DNA from: Carcharhinus amblyrhynchos
Lineage: Eukaryota
Direction of reading: 5' to 3'
Length of the DNA: 64,000 bases
Assembly (NCBI GenBank): GCA_965287045.1
Contig: OZ336883.1
Span: forward strand, 34,534,001-34,598,000
Numbering within the stretch: the first letter of the stretch is position 1; each line of letters opens with the position of its first letter. Position numbers and translations under genes: made by a program. Under the pieces are notes generated by a model that searched no databases, was not told the origin of the DNA, and worked only from the letters and a program-made list of their open reading frames with translations. Shown piece by piece: positions 37,213 to 49,391 of this stretch.

Positions 37213-37992
37213 TGTGTTGGGCACAAGGAAATGTATCTGAAGTGAACTTAAAAATCATACAGATGCACTCATTTGGTAACTTTTTCAACAAGGTGCTCAA
37301 AACATGGAAACAAATTGTGTTGAATATTAGTTGATAGAACCTGCACAATCCACTCATTTTGAAAAAAATATTTTCAATGAGCACGGCAACGTTCCACCTC
37401 ATTAGACCATGTCTTCCACCGCGATGATTAACTCTGTGGTAAGCATCACCTCATGTGGCTCAGGAGCCCCACTCTGGCACGGCTGTATCTGCTGCATTTC
37501 CCCTGGGCTGAAAAGGTGCATGATTCATTGGCCTCTGTTTTCTTTGGGCCCTCTTCTCAGCCAATTAAATTTTTTTGCTTCTGTTCTCCTCTTCCTCTAA
37601 ACAGTCAGCCTCCAAAGGCCATGGATGTCAGCCACTGTCTCCCAGTTGTCAGTGTCAATGTCTACCATCTTCATATCTCACTTCCAGATGGCCTTATGGC
37701 AGAGATATGGACATCCAGGAGGTCATACCCCATAACCAATTCACCATGCAGGTGATATGGCTGTCATCTATCTGACAAACAGGTACCACTGACTTAGCAA
37801 TGAGTGTATGCTTTTGAAATTAGCACACCCCAGGACCTTTGGCTTGGTAACGCTGGTCTGCCAAGAGATGCCAAAGATACAGCAGAGACAGAGAAAGTGG
37901 AAATTGTTCAGCCTTTCCTCCTGCCTAGCAAATATTATTCAGGAGTCACCAAAGGAAGCAGGGCACTGAACTCAAGCTTGGGAGACTCTCAG

Positions 37993-38155
37993 TTTGATTT
38001 GTTGTCACATGTATTAGTATACAGTGAAAAGTATTGGTTCTTGCATGCTATACAGACAGGGCACACCATTCATAGAGAAGGAAATGAGTGCTTGCAGTGT
38101 TACAGTCAGAGCTAAGGTATAAAGGTCAACTTCATGGAAAGTAGCTCCATTCAAA
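37993..38155 (-). mobile_element. Rex1/Babar-type LINE 3' end
   Basis: Matches 18601-18770 (tttgatttgttgtcacatgtattagtatacagtgaaaagtattg). Confidence 0.75.
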
Positions 38156-38726
38156 AAGTAGGTGGCTGTTGTTCCATATTCAACTTGGACATAACAGCTG
38201 CAGCTTTAACAATGTGTGTATCGGCTTCAGTGTGATGTGACAGACTGTTGGTGATTATGCAGTGTAGGTCTGTGAAGCTATCAACCACCTCTAGTATCAC
38301 ATCAGAAATCCTGATAGAAGACACCTGGATCGTGAAATGAAAGGGAGGGAAGAACGCAAGAAAATTACAACACCAAAAGGAAGTGCTACTGGACAAAGCA
38401 CTGGAGCTGCAATCTGACATTCCCAGGTCTTGATATACTTCAACTCTAGGGTCTTAAAATAACTGGCTCGTGAGACAGTTGATGCACTAAGAAGAGCAAG
38501 AACTGATTTGATTAAAACATAGCGGAGTGGGAGGGATCGTAACAGGGGGCTGGGGAGAGGGCGTTTCCTGTTGTGAAAATAATCTACAACTAGATGTCAC
38601 TGATAAATATAAGGATTTATTCATTTAAGTCAGATGAGGACTTTTTCCCTTTTCAGAGGGCCACACGTCTTGAAGCTTTAAATATTTTAAAGGCAGAGGT
38701 AAGTAGATTCTTGATAAGCAAGGAGT

Positions 38727-38748
38727 GGGGGGGGGGGGGGGGGGGGGG
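38727..38748. repeat. G22 homopolymer within a CR1 3' UTR remnant
   Basis: 22 consecutive G. Confidence 0.95.
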
Positions 38749-41700
38749 CGCGCACAGAAGGTGAAGCTGAGATTTCAATAAATCATGGCTGATCTGATTG
38801 TATGGTGGAGCAGGCTCAAGGTGTTGAGTGGCCTATTCCTGCTTCATATGACATTTTTCTTCCTGAAGCTGATGTCAAATCAGACTCTTTACAGGTGTGA
38901 GTCAGTACATTTGCCACTGCTTATTTGCCCCAGTATGAAATGTTAGCACATTGTCAGCATAGGGCAACTATGGAATAGAAAAAATGGCACATCTTTTCCT
39001 TGGATCTTGAGCTAACGAGGCTGAATAGCTTCCTGTTAGTTCTGGGAAGTCAACATGCTCTGTAGATTGCTTGCAGGCATAGGGTAGCAGCAAAGTGAAG
39101 AAAACGCAGAAGTGTGTCAGCACCAGAACACAACTTGTCTGACTTCACTGTGGATCTCAAAAGTTTCCAATGCTGCCCCATTCTTGCTGACAATTTTGTC
39201 ATGGAGAGAGGAGATCACATCCAGCAGCTTCTGCAGGCAACCAATTTTCTCCAGCAGCTTAAAATAGACCATCAGTGCTCACATGGTCAAAAGCCTTAGT
39301 GAGATTGGCTAAGGCAATATCTAGTGGGTCTCCTTTGCTCAAAGCATTTCTCTGACGGTTGCCAAATTAAGACAATCATGTCAATTGATGATGATCTTCT
39401 AGTTCAAAACCAGACTAGAAGAATTGGGGATAGACGTGCTCTGCAAGGACCAGCAGGCTGACAAGGTAAACATGGGTAAAATGTTTTTCCCCCACAATGC
39501 TCAGCAGCGTGTTGGCTCATTAGTTGTTGCAATCACTGCAGTCATCCTTGTTCTTGTACAGGATCACATATTTTTGCATCACATACATCCTGGGGAACTA
39601 CCCTCTGCCCTCCAGCAGCAATGGAGACATTTGTGCAGAGGCTGCAGGAGTGCCAGTTTCCTGTGCTTGATGAGTTCTGGTGTATAGCATCAGCACTTAG
39701 AGCTTTGCAACCAAATCAATAAGCTCCTCCATTACAGGTTTGATATCCAGCTGCGCCATGACAGGAAAGCTTCTTATAGTGTCTAGAGCTTCCTCAGTGT
39801 TGGCATTATCACTAGAGTAAAACTCAAGGTGGCATTCTACTCATCTTACCAACTGTTTATTTTAATCAGTAATGACCTCCCCCGCCTTTGTTTCCAATGG
39901 AACCATTTACTTTGCCGATTTTGATCCCTTCATACATTGCCCAAACATCCTGTTTTGAAAAGCAAATGGATATTCTAGTAGAGTTGTAACCAGCAGTCAC
40001 TGGCATCTAGTAGCTGGTTGGACTTTATTCTGAGTGGCTCTTGGTGCATTCAGTTTCCTTGCTCAAATCTCTTGTAATTAATGAGAACAGGCTGCTAGGG
40101 TTCAATGATAGGTTCCATCACAGTGATGTTAGACTCAAACCAGTCAACATTTTTCCACTCTTGCCTTCCATTTGTTGAGAATTATAGGTATTATAGATGG
40201 TGTCTTGAACTATGTTCCATTTTCTTCTATTCTGTGTAGGAATGCCTGAGTGCTAGCTTTTATCTACTTAGGCAGTATGGGCAATGTTGATACAGGGGGA
40301 TGGTATTTCTGCTCTGAATGAAAAACCAAGGGTTGAACCCACACCCTGGTATATCCCAGGAGTAATCTATATCACAGTCAGTGCTGTGGTAGCTGCAAGA
40401 TGAGAATTCTGCTCAGGGTGATCAATGTTCTGATCTTGGATATCTCCAGGACACCTTGTGGCATGGTTTGTGCTGAAAGGAAGGTTTAGTTGCACAAAGC
40501 TCAAGGTAGCAGCAAAGCTCAAGTCATCTCTGTCCATTCCCATTTACCTTTACCAAACCACAATGTCCAAGCAGGAGGGCCATGCCTCATGGTCTGCACC
40601 CCAACCCCTGTTGAAATCCCCCAGTAGGTAAAAGGTGTATGAAAAACATTTTCAATCACAAATTAGCGATTTACCTAAACTTTATTTTGAACAAAAAGTT
40701 TGAAAAAAATAGCAAGTTTTTCAGTAAACTGACCTGTTACAACAGTATTGCAAGAGGAGAAAATGAATACACAAATTACTTTGAAATTTCTGCAGTTGTC
40801 ATTCAAAACTTCTCATTTAAAAATAGAACAGTTCATGCAATAAGAACTATAGTCACACCACACATCTCCAGCAAATCATAATTTCCATGGCATCATATTA
40901 TTATGATTTACAACATAACTTAAATCTCAGCTCTGCTGGAATAAGCGGGAACCAACCAAAACAGAACATTAATGCAAACATGCTGAAAATTCTGTGTAGA
41001 TTGCAGTCTAATAATGGAATTGGTCTTGCCTTTTTAATTCCTGTTTTTCAGACATTTTCATCAAATGTAAAATCCCGAATAGTGAAACTACAAAAGGCAA
41101 ATTTATCCCCTTTATGTAAGTAATGACATATGGTTTTGGTTCAATCCCCAATCCATTTGATTGGTAGTAGGCGTTCAGCATGAACAAAATGATTTAAACT
41201 GGTTAAAAATCTGGAAATTTAAAACTGAAATGATGTACGCAGAATGGGACTAGGATAGAGTCCTAAATGGTCAGTTAAAAGAGTACTGTTTTACATACCT
41301 CAGGAAACTTACATGTTGTCACTTCCTGATGACGCATAGTCATAACTCCCACAGACTTCCTCTCAACACTCATGAGGTTATTTTTATAATTATGCACAAA
41401 TTGAACAACATATCGAAAGTTAGAGTTTGGACATTTGAGCCTTCACCCCAATTGTTCCAAATATTTTAGTTTCTCCAAAATGTTGAATATGCGAGTTTCT
41501 TTAATTTTGAAAGACTTGTCACATTCCAGAAATATTTTTCTTCTAAATAATCATTTTTTTTAAAATCAAGACGTTCTGCTTTCTCCACTTGCCATGGTAA
41601 AACACAAAAATCGATTTAAATATTTCAGAATAACTTCCTGTTAAATACCACAACTAAATAAACCTTACTTTGAAGAAAATCTTAAGCTACGCTAAGTTAC

Positions 41701-42769
41701 AATATATTATCATAATAAATGTTCCAATTCATACTGTGCTGCCTCCAGTTTCACTGAAGCAATCATATATATCTAACCAGGTACATGAGTTTCAACAAAA
41801 TCTTCAATTTTAAATATCTAATCTAAAAGTGTTTAAAGCAACCGTAGGTAAGTAACTAATGAAAACACACACAATTCTATGAAACTCAAATGACACTGAA
41901 TACCATCTGTTGTAAATATAAGTTACCTCAAGTTTGATACCACAAAAAAAATGTATTAATTTCACTGAGATACTTGTAACCAAATTGAGAGATCAGACAT
42001 GCTTTTAACATTTGACAGAAAGGAACAAACATGCATCCAAGTGAACTGAAAATAAAATGATACAAGTGCTTATAGTGGTCAAATGTATTATTTAATTATT
42101 TGGGGAGGGTGCGCAAGGGGATGGTTGATGATGATGGGAAAGAGAATTTTGGTTCCAGCATGATAGAAATCCACTTAAACAAAAAAAAGTCATAATTTGA
42201 CCTTTAATGTATAATACACAATCCCAATAATAGCTGCTGATCTCCCACTATAAGGGAGGATTAAAGGTGAAGTGTAATTCACACCTCAGTCTGACGCACT
42301 ACAATAAAGATGCCAATTGACTTCACACTAAATATACTTGCCCAGAAAGCTAAATATCCAAATATCATGGATTGCACTGCAACTTAAAAATGAAATGAAC
42401 CGCAATATAATCAAATAATTCATCTGGAACTGCCTTGTTGATATGCAACTGGCTGATGAATGGGTCACTTTTATCCAAGATTCACTGCTGCTCCCAACCC
42501 TCCAATAGAAATCAAGAAAGGACCATCCAGAATTCAACCAAACAGGGTTCAGTTAATGCTATTATCCCATTACTATTAAGATTATCCTTTCACTTATGCC
42601 ACAGAGACTCGGATAACATCACCTTTCAGTCAGACTGTCATGGATGTGCCCGTTAGGTAAAAGAGAAGTATTGCCAAGTCTTGAGAACTTTACTAAGGAA
42701 GCATTTGCATTTAGAGAATACCTTGCTCACTTCACAACTTTTGACTGTGAATTCTTTTGTATCCTGTTC

Positions 42770-43508
42770 CATGGTGTGTAGCAAGGTCCAGGCAACGATG
42801 TCTCCAAAAAAAGGGGGAAGCTAACCTTTCCCTTTAACATTCAAGGGCAATAACATTGCTGAATTCCCCACCAAGCACCTCCTGGGGTGACCAGAAACTT
42901 AACTGACCCATCCACATAAATACTGTGGCTACGAGCGCAGGTCAGAGGATGGGAATTCTGTGGTAAGTAACTCGCTTCCCAACTCCTCAAAGCCTGTCCA
43001 TCATCTGTAAGGCACAAGTCAGGAATTTGATGGAATATTCTCCACTTGCATAGGCTCCAACAACATTCAAGAAATTCAACACCATAGTGGACAAAGCGAT
43101 AAGCTTTATTGGCATTCCATCCATACTTTAAACATTCACTGCATTCAACACCAACACACTATGCTGCAATATGCACAATCAATAAGATCCACTACAGCAA
43201 CTTGCCAAGCTTCTTGCTAAACACTCCAAGCCCAGATCTCTAACCTGAAAGAATAAAGTTAGCAGACACATGGAAACACCATCACCTGTAAATCCCTCCA
43301 GTAGCCACTCACTGGCTTGGAAATATATCAGTGTTCCTTCACTATCACTGGGTCTAAATCCTGGAATTCACTTCCTGGCAGCACTGTGGTGTATTTACCA
43401 TACAGACTGCAGTAGTTCAGGAAGTCAATTCACTACCACCTTCTCAAGGGCAAACAGGAATGGGCAATAAATTCTGGCTTTGCCAGCAACGTCAATATTC
43501 CATTAAAG
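42770..43508 (+). mobile_element. LINE 3' fragment, same family as 25850-28800
   Basis: Encodes AGQRMGILW and KAQVRNLMEYSPLA. Ends ttctcaagggcaaacaggaatgggcaataaattctggc. Confidence 0.8.
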
Positions 43509-43559
43509 AAAAGACTTATTAAACTGTTTTTAGTTATTTATACGAATGATAGATATCAG

Positions 43560-45290
43560 GTAGATGTCGCAAGTGAGAATCTAGCTGAATATGGAAAAGT
43601 TCAGAGGGAAAGTAACATAAGCAAATAGAGAGCATGCAAAGAACCTGGCAGCTAGTATAAAAGTCTTCTATAGTAGTAAAATAAATTTTTTAGTATAAAT
43701 AGTAAAAATGATAGTAAAAGTTGGGGCGGTGCCTAAAAGCGTATTTAAGCAATGGTGAAAGAGGACATGGCTGAGGTACTAAATGAACATGCTGCCTCTG
43801 TCTTTACTAAAAAAAGGTGTTGCCAAAGTGAAAGAGGAAATGGCTTTGATGCTCGATTGGATGAAAATTAGTTTTGGAAAGAGGTGGCCACAATCATTTG
43901 ATGTTCCTAAATACAGGGCTGGCGCCAGAGTATTGGAGAAATTTAAATATTTATTCAAAACAGACTGCAAGGCTACCAGTCAGTTTAGTCTCAACGGTAG
44001 GAAAGCTTTTAGGAATGATAATCTTGGACAAAATTAACAGTCACTTGGACAAGTGTGGATTAAATCAGAGAAAGTCAACATGGATCTGCTTAAAGGAAAA
44101 TTGTATTTAATTAACTTGACTGAGTCGTTTTGCTGAGATGACAGAGCACTGATGAGGGTAGTGCAATAGATGTGGTGTACATGGATTTCCAAAAGCATTT
44201 GATAACAGGTTTGTCAGCAAAGCTAAAGCTAGCAAATAAAAGGGACAGTGGCAGCATGAATACAAATTTGGCTGAGTGAGGAAACAGCGTAATGAGGAAC
44301 GGCTCTTTTTCAGACCAGGGGAATATATGCAGTGGGATTCTCCAGGGGTTGGTACTTGGATCACTGTTTTTCTTCATCTATATTAGATCTATACGCAGGG
44401 AACATCTCAACATTTGCAGACAATACAAAACTTGGAAGTACGATGAAGAGAATAGTGATAGACATCAAGAGGACATCTGCAGGCAGAATGGACAAACATT
44501 TAGGAGCTGAGCTTAATGAAAGGAAATGTGAAGTGATACATTTTAGTAGGATGAACGAGGAGAAGCAATGTAAAATAAATAAAACAATTCTAAAGAGGTG
44601 TCAGGACCAGAGAGACCTGAGATATGGGCATAAATCATGGAAGATGACAGGGTAGGTTGAGAAAGTGGTTAAATAGACATTTAGGATCCTGGGTTTCATA
44701 AACAGGCAAATAGTACATAAGCAAGGAAGTTATGACAAACCTTTAAAAACACTGGCTGAGCCTCAACTAGAGTAATTTTGTTCAATTCTGGACACCACGC
44801 TTTAGGAACGATATGAAGTCATCAGAGAAGGCGCAGAAAAAAATGATGAAAATAAGTTCCAGAGATGAGGGACTTCAGTTAAGTGGCTGGAGGAGATAAG
44901 CTGGGGCTGTTCTTCTTTGAGAATGTTGAGAGAAAATTGATAGATAAGTTACAAAGTCATGAGAGGTCGGTAGATATGGTGAATGAGCCAAGGACCAGAT
45001 GACACCAATTTAAGATGACTGGTAAAAGAACCAAAAAGGCAACATAAGGAAAATCTGATTTTTAAAAATGCAGCATGTGGTTAGAATCTGGAATGCAATG
45101 CCTGAAAGCAAAATGCAAGAAAGTTTGGTAATTCCTTTTGAAAGGAAATTGGATAATTATCTGGAGGAGAAAATATTGTAGGATTTCAGGGGAAGGGCAG
45201 CAGAGTGGGGCTAGTTGAGTTGCACTTGCAGAGAGCCAGCATGAACACAAAAGGCCAAATGGTCTTCCCTGCGCTGTAACCATAGGATTG
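43560..45290 (+). mobile_element. Decayed CR1 LINE (RT region to 3' UTR)
   Basis: Frameshifted motifs PVSLVSTVGKLL, DVVYMDFQKAFD, QGLVLG, TFADNTKLG and KCEVIHFSR. Confidence 0.85.
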
Positions 45291-45439
45291 AAGGATAAAA
45301 GTTAGTTGGGATACCAAGAGAATGCTTCTGCTCTTCTTTGAAGAACAGCATAGAAACTTTTGCACTAAAAAGCTAAGCTGGTTAATGAATGGAGCAGAAG
45401 GCCAGAGTGAGAAAGAAGGAACAACAAATATACAGCTCG

Positions 45440-45750
45440 ACATCCCAAAGTGCTTTACAATTAATTACTTTACGAAGTGCAGCCACTGTTATATAACCAA
45501 ATGTAGCAGCACAATTTAAGCACAGTTGGACCTCACAATTGCTAATTTACTAGATAATCTGGTTAATAGAGGAATATTGGTCAGAATGCTACAAGAATGC
45601 TCTGCTCTTATCCAACTAATAACATGGGATCTGCAACATCCCTGAAAAGGCCAAGGTTTAGCATCTTACCTGAAAAATCTGGCAACTCCAAGAATTTCTC
45701 TCAGTATTAGGGTAAACTGTCAGTCTAGATTGTGTTCAAATCTGTAGGGT
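45440..45750 (-). mobile_element. Ancient Deu-domain SINE remnant (SacSINE1/AmnSINE1-like)
   Basis: Degenerate blocks cccaaagtgctttaca, gctcttatcc...catgggatct...catcc, ggtttagcatcttacctgaaa..tggcaactcc and gtcagtctagatt appear in the order recalled for antisense DeuSINEs. Confidence 0.55.
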
Positions 45751-46471
45751 TTTGTGGTGACAGGGGAAGGAGCTAGGTAGATAATTGTAAATGTTTACAT
45801 TAAATGTCTTTATAATGATTGGGGATATCCTCCATGTTGCTGGCTTCATTTCTAAACACCACATATCAATATAACGGAGGAAAGAGACACCATGTTTTAG
45901 GACATGCTGATATCAGCATCAATCTTATGGTGTAATTCAATTTTGTTTCTACACAATTAAACACCATCTCTCCCCTCAGTTATATCTGTTCCAGGATTTG
46001 ACAGTAAGTCCAATCAAGAATTTATATTATTATTTCAGAACATAAAGAAATATAAATCTAAGCAAGAAAGATGCAACATTAAATCAGCAAAAATTTTCAT
46101 CTCAGCATTCAATGACAATGTGATAGCTATATTTGGGGCACTATATTAGAACATCTAGCTCAGTGCACAAATTGTGAAAACTGGTTCACCCAAATAATTA
46201 CAATTGCCACACGTTAGAGCTCCTGAACCAAATGATATCTTTGTTCAGGGTTCCACATGTATTTCCTCATTCCCACCATCATGTACATTCCTTTATGGTA
46301 GTCTTTCATCAACAGAATGGCTTTGGGTAGTTGGACAGTTAATCTCACAGGAAATACATTGAAATAAAAAAAAGCAATACATTTGTTTACAGGTCAGATG
46401 TCAGAATATCTACAATTACAGTACTGAAAAAAAACCAAACAAGAAATCTTCTGACACAGCTGAAGAAGATT

Positions 46472-46659
46472 GGCCACAATTCTCCAGCCGTTCATGCCGG
46501 CAGTGCACCCCCGCCCGCGGGTTTCCCACCGGCGTAGGGGTGACGTCAATGCGAATTCCCATTGACAGTAGCAGGACCAAAGAATCCTGCCACTAGCAAG
46601 TAACATGCCACCTCCGGCTGGTGGGACACAGGCGACTGGGAGGCCAGAGAATCTCGCCC
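46472..46659. mobile_element. MITE (GC-rich, short TIRs; probably PIF/Harbinger-derived)
   Basis: TIRs ggccacaattctc / gagaatctcgccc. 3-bp flanks att / ata. It is a GC-rich island in AT-rich DNA. Confidence 0.7.
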
Positions 46660-46959
46660 ATAGTTGTTGAATGTGCACAGTTTTAATTGAACATAAATAC
46701 TCAATTCAAAATAAATCCCAAAATCAAACAAGTCACTGTTGAGTCAATAGGTTTTCAGATAACTGATGAGTTACAAATAGAATTGGAATAAAACTAATCT
46801 ACGTCATAAATATTTAAATCTATCTTCACATTTAAAGAAGAAAAAAAATCTTTTTGCTCTGGATAAATTAAATTCCACTCCCCCTTGAACATTTATCTAA
46901 ATTAAAAAACAGAAGCTGCATCTGCTCATGTACAGCACATTCTTAAAAAAAAAGAATGC

Positions 46960-46965
46960 TTTATT
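46960..46965 (-). promoter_or_regulatory. Candidate polyadenylation signal (AATAAA) of the SERTA-domain gene
   Basis: tttatt on plus is AATAAA on minus, about 750 nt after the stop codon. It ends an AT-rich repeat-free stretch and is followed by U-rich sequence. Confidence 0.45.
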
Positions 46966-47711
46966 GTTAGATCTTGGGAGAGGTAGTGTAAGTGAAATCC
47001 AACAGCAAAGTCTGTCAGACTGGAACTAAAGACCAAACAAGACAAACAACAAACATAGAGATTTAGAGTATAAAATTCTAAAAAAATAAATAGTTTAAAT
47101 GTAATATAAAACATTCTTGTAACCTTTTGATAAAGGTGCCTTTGTTGGTACAAGAATACCATATAAAAACATTCTGCAAGGAAACAAAACACACCATGTG
47201 CTTCAGTCAATAGAATAAAACTGCTCATCAAAAATGTCCTTCGGAAAATTAGTTCCGTCCACACTTCGGATCTGGATGCTGTAAAACCGTAACTATCAAA
47301 AGATGTACAGAAACACAAAATACTGCTTAGTCTCTATTAATGGTTTAGTTGATTAAGTTAATGTTCAGTGTGTGGCAGCAGTTCATTAATTTCTTAAAAA
47401 CAATCTTATCCCATAAAAAAATAACCTAAACGGTTACAGTCACATTTCTGGATCTCAAGCCAGAAGTTGTCATTACTAGCAAAGAGTTCACTTGTCATGA
47501 TTCACGTGCTAATTATTTGCTTGTTTTCTGGAGATTTTTGTATATGACCTTTAAAAAGTTGAAAACTACACTGTTCAAACTCTTCCAAGATTTATAAGAT
47601 TGAATGCAACTTGCTATACAGTGGCTGTTTTCATCACTAATGGTACAGATGAAGCTGTTTTAAGTAAGTAGGAAGACAGGCATCCAAAATGTTGAAGCAC
47701 CTAGTGACGAA

Positions 47712-48551
47712 TTAGGATCCTACAAGAATCTCCATGATATGGTCCAGGTCACTCAAATCCACTCTGCAGATCTGAATGGCATTCACAGATGTAGAGTTGC
47801 ATAACTGAAAGGGTTTAGAAACTTCATCCACATTAGCTGGTGGTGATCTAGCAGGTGTCAATGGAAGTAAGCACAGATCTGAGTCATACATGGATGTGTC
47901 AATGTCTTCAAATATGTCATCGAAAGCAAGGTCTGTTAGGTAACTCGTTGAATTTGTGATTTCAAAAGATCCAAACACAGTTTCTGCAGGCTTAATTTCC
48001 TGCGGTCTGTCTCCCAAAGATATCTCTGTGTTTATGTCACCCTCGCCTGCAGATGTTGGACAGGGAGATGGGCTAATATCCTCCATAAAATCCAAGTCTT
48101 TGAGGATTGATGAAATGGCAGATGACATGTCATCATCTGAAACCACCACTAAAGAGTTCTCAATCTGACTCTCTGAAAAATCTGAAGAACTATTCAAATC
48201 AAGAGAGTTAGTTTGAACAGATGGTGTTCCAGTTAATTCAATACTTGCCTGAGATGCTGTGTAAGTATCTGGAATTGGACTTGTTCCATTGCAAATGTTA
48301 GATCCTTCATGGCTGCTTTCTTGTCTCATTTCTTCCTGGATCTGCCGTACAGTATTTGCAATGAGAACAGAACGATGCAGGTTTGGTTCTACCAGCATCC
48401 TACAACTTTGCAATTTGATGAGGCACATATTGAGTACTAACTGTCTCTGCAAAGTATAGGGCAGCCCTGGGTTCGAATCAAAGGCACCAGGAACACCAGC
48501 CATATTTTCTTCGTAATCACTAAGCTTGCGCTTCAGTCCTTTAGCCAACAT
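47712..48551 (-). CDS. SERTA domain-containing protein (SERTAD2-like / CDCA4 paralog, TRIP-Br/SEI family), 279 aa, single coding exon
   Basis: Intact ATG-to-TAA ORF. It has the N-terminal KGLKRK motif, the SERTA domain (YTLQRQLVLNMCLIKLQ...LVEPNLHRSVLIANTVRQIQEEM), the FEI..S.SYL.DL..DDIFEDIDTSMYD block and the family C-terminus DLSDLDHIMEILVGS. A strong splice acceptor (TTTCTTTCCTTTTTCCTAG, AG at 48557-48556) lies 4 nt upstream of the ATG. The exact paralog is not certain. Confidence 0.93.
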   Translation of the reverse strand: MLAKGLKRKLSDYEENMAGVPGAFDSNPGLPYTLQRQLVLNMCLIKLQSCRMLVEPNLHRSVLIANTVRQIQEEMRQESSHEGSNICNGTSPIPDTYTASQASIELTGTPSVQTNSLDLNSSSDFSESQIENSLVVVSDDDMSSAISSILKDLDFMEDISPSPCPTSAGEGDINTEISLGDRPQEIKPAETVFGSFEITNSTSYLTDLAFDDIFEDIDTSMYDSDLCLLPLTPARSPPANVDEVSKPFQLCNSTSVNAIQICRVDLSDLDHIMEILVGS

Positions 48552-48687
48552 GAATCTAGGAAAAAGGAAAGAAAGTGAATAATTGTTGTCAATTTATTTT
48601 AATTAATGTGACCTGAAGAAACTATATTCAGCAATGAACAGTAAACTGGTATTTCAATTAGCATCACAGACATTTAAAGACATTTAG

Positions 48688-49240
48688 TTCATAAGTAATA
48701 GGAGCAGAATTAGGCCATTTGGTCCATCAAGTCCACTCCGCCATTCAATCATAGCGGATATGCTCCTTATCCCCATAACCTTGAACCCATTACCAATTAA
48801 AAGTATGTCTAACTCCTCCTTAAAATTTACTCACTGTCCCAGTATCCATCGCACTTTGGGAAAGTGAATTCTACAGATTTACAACCCTTTGGGAGAAGTA
48901 GTTTCTCCTTAACTGTGTTTTAAATTTGCTACCCCTTATCCTAAGACTAATGACATCTCATCCTAGAATGCCCCACCAGCGGAAGCATCCACCCCACCTC
49001 TACTTTATCTATACCTTTTTATCATCTTGTATATCTCAATCTGATCTCCCTTCATTCTAAATTCCAGACAGTATTGGCCCAAGCCGTTCAATCTCTCTTC
49101 TTACGACAAACCCCCTCATCTCTGGGATCAATCCAGTGAGCCTCCTCTGAATTGCCTCCAATGTCATTACATCTTTCCTCAAATAAGGGGACCAAAACTG
49201 TGCACAGTACTCCAGGAGCAATCTCACCAATGCCTTGAAC
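48688..49240 (-). mobile_element. CR1 3' fragment in the intron of the SERTA-domain gene
   Basis: ggggaccaaaactgtgcacagtactcc (antisense of EYCAQFWSP) and a CR1 3' UTR starting cataag...ggagcagaattaggcc. Confidence 0.8.
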
Positions 49241-49275
49241 TTAGTGCAATTTTCAGGTCATAAACCTGAAATATT

Positions 49276-49391
49276 GGACAGGAGTTTCCAGCCTAGCTCG
49301 CCCGAAATCAGAAAATCCCGTCTGATCGTGCCACGGTCTGCCCTTAGCCCACCCCAATCCCCATGGCGGATGGGATGGTAAAATTCACCTC
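49276..49391. mobile_element. MITE inserted in a PLE-type fragment
   Basis: Degenerate TIRs with 3-bp TSD att at 49273-49275 and 49392-49394. Confidence 0.6.

Larger units (their letters stand above)
37420..39830 (-). mobile_element. Fragmented RTE-clade LINE with several nested insertions
   Basis: C-terminal Zn-finger remnant KCSRYSRARVGLLSHMR*C (about 37445-37500), LEVVDSFT...KAAAVMSKL (38160-38300) and VPQD..DAK..LYKNKDDCSDCNN...LLSIVGK (about 39485-39620). Confidence 0.75.

Noticed and set aside
41318-41338. Adjacent ETS-like (ACTTCCTG) and CRE-like (TGACGCA) motifs
   Set aside because: Short motifs like these are expected by chance, and there is no CpG island or promoter context.
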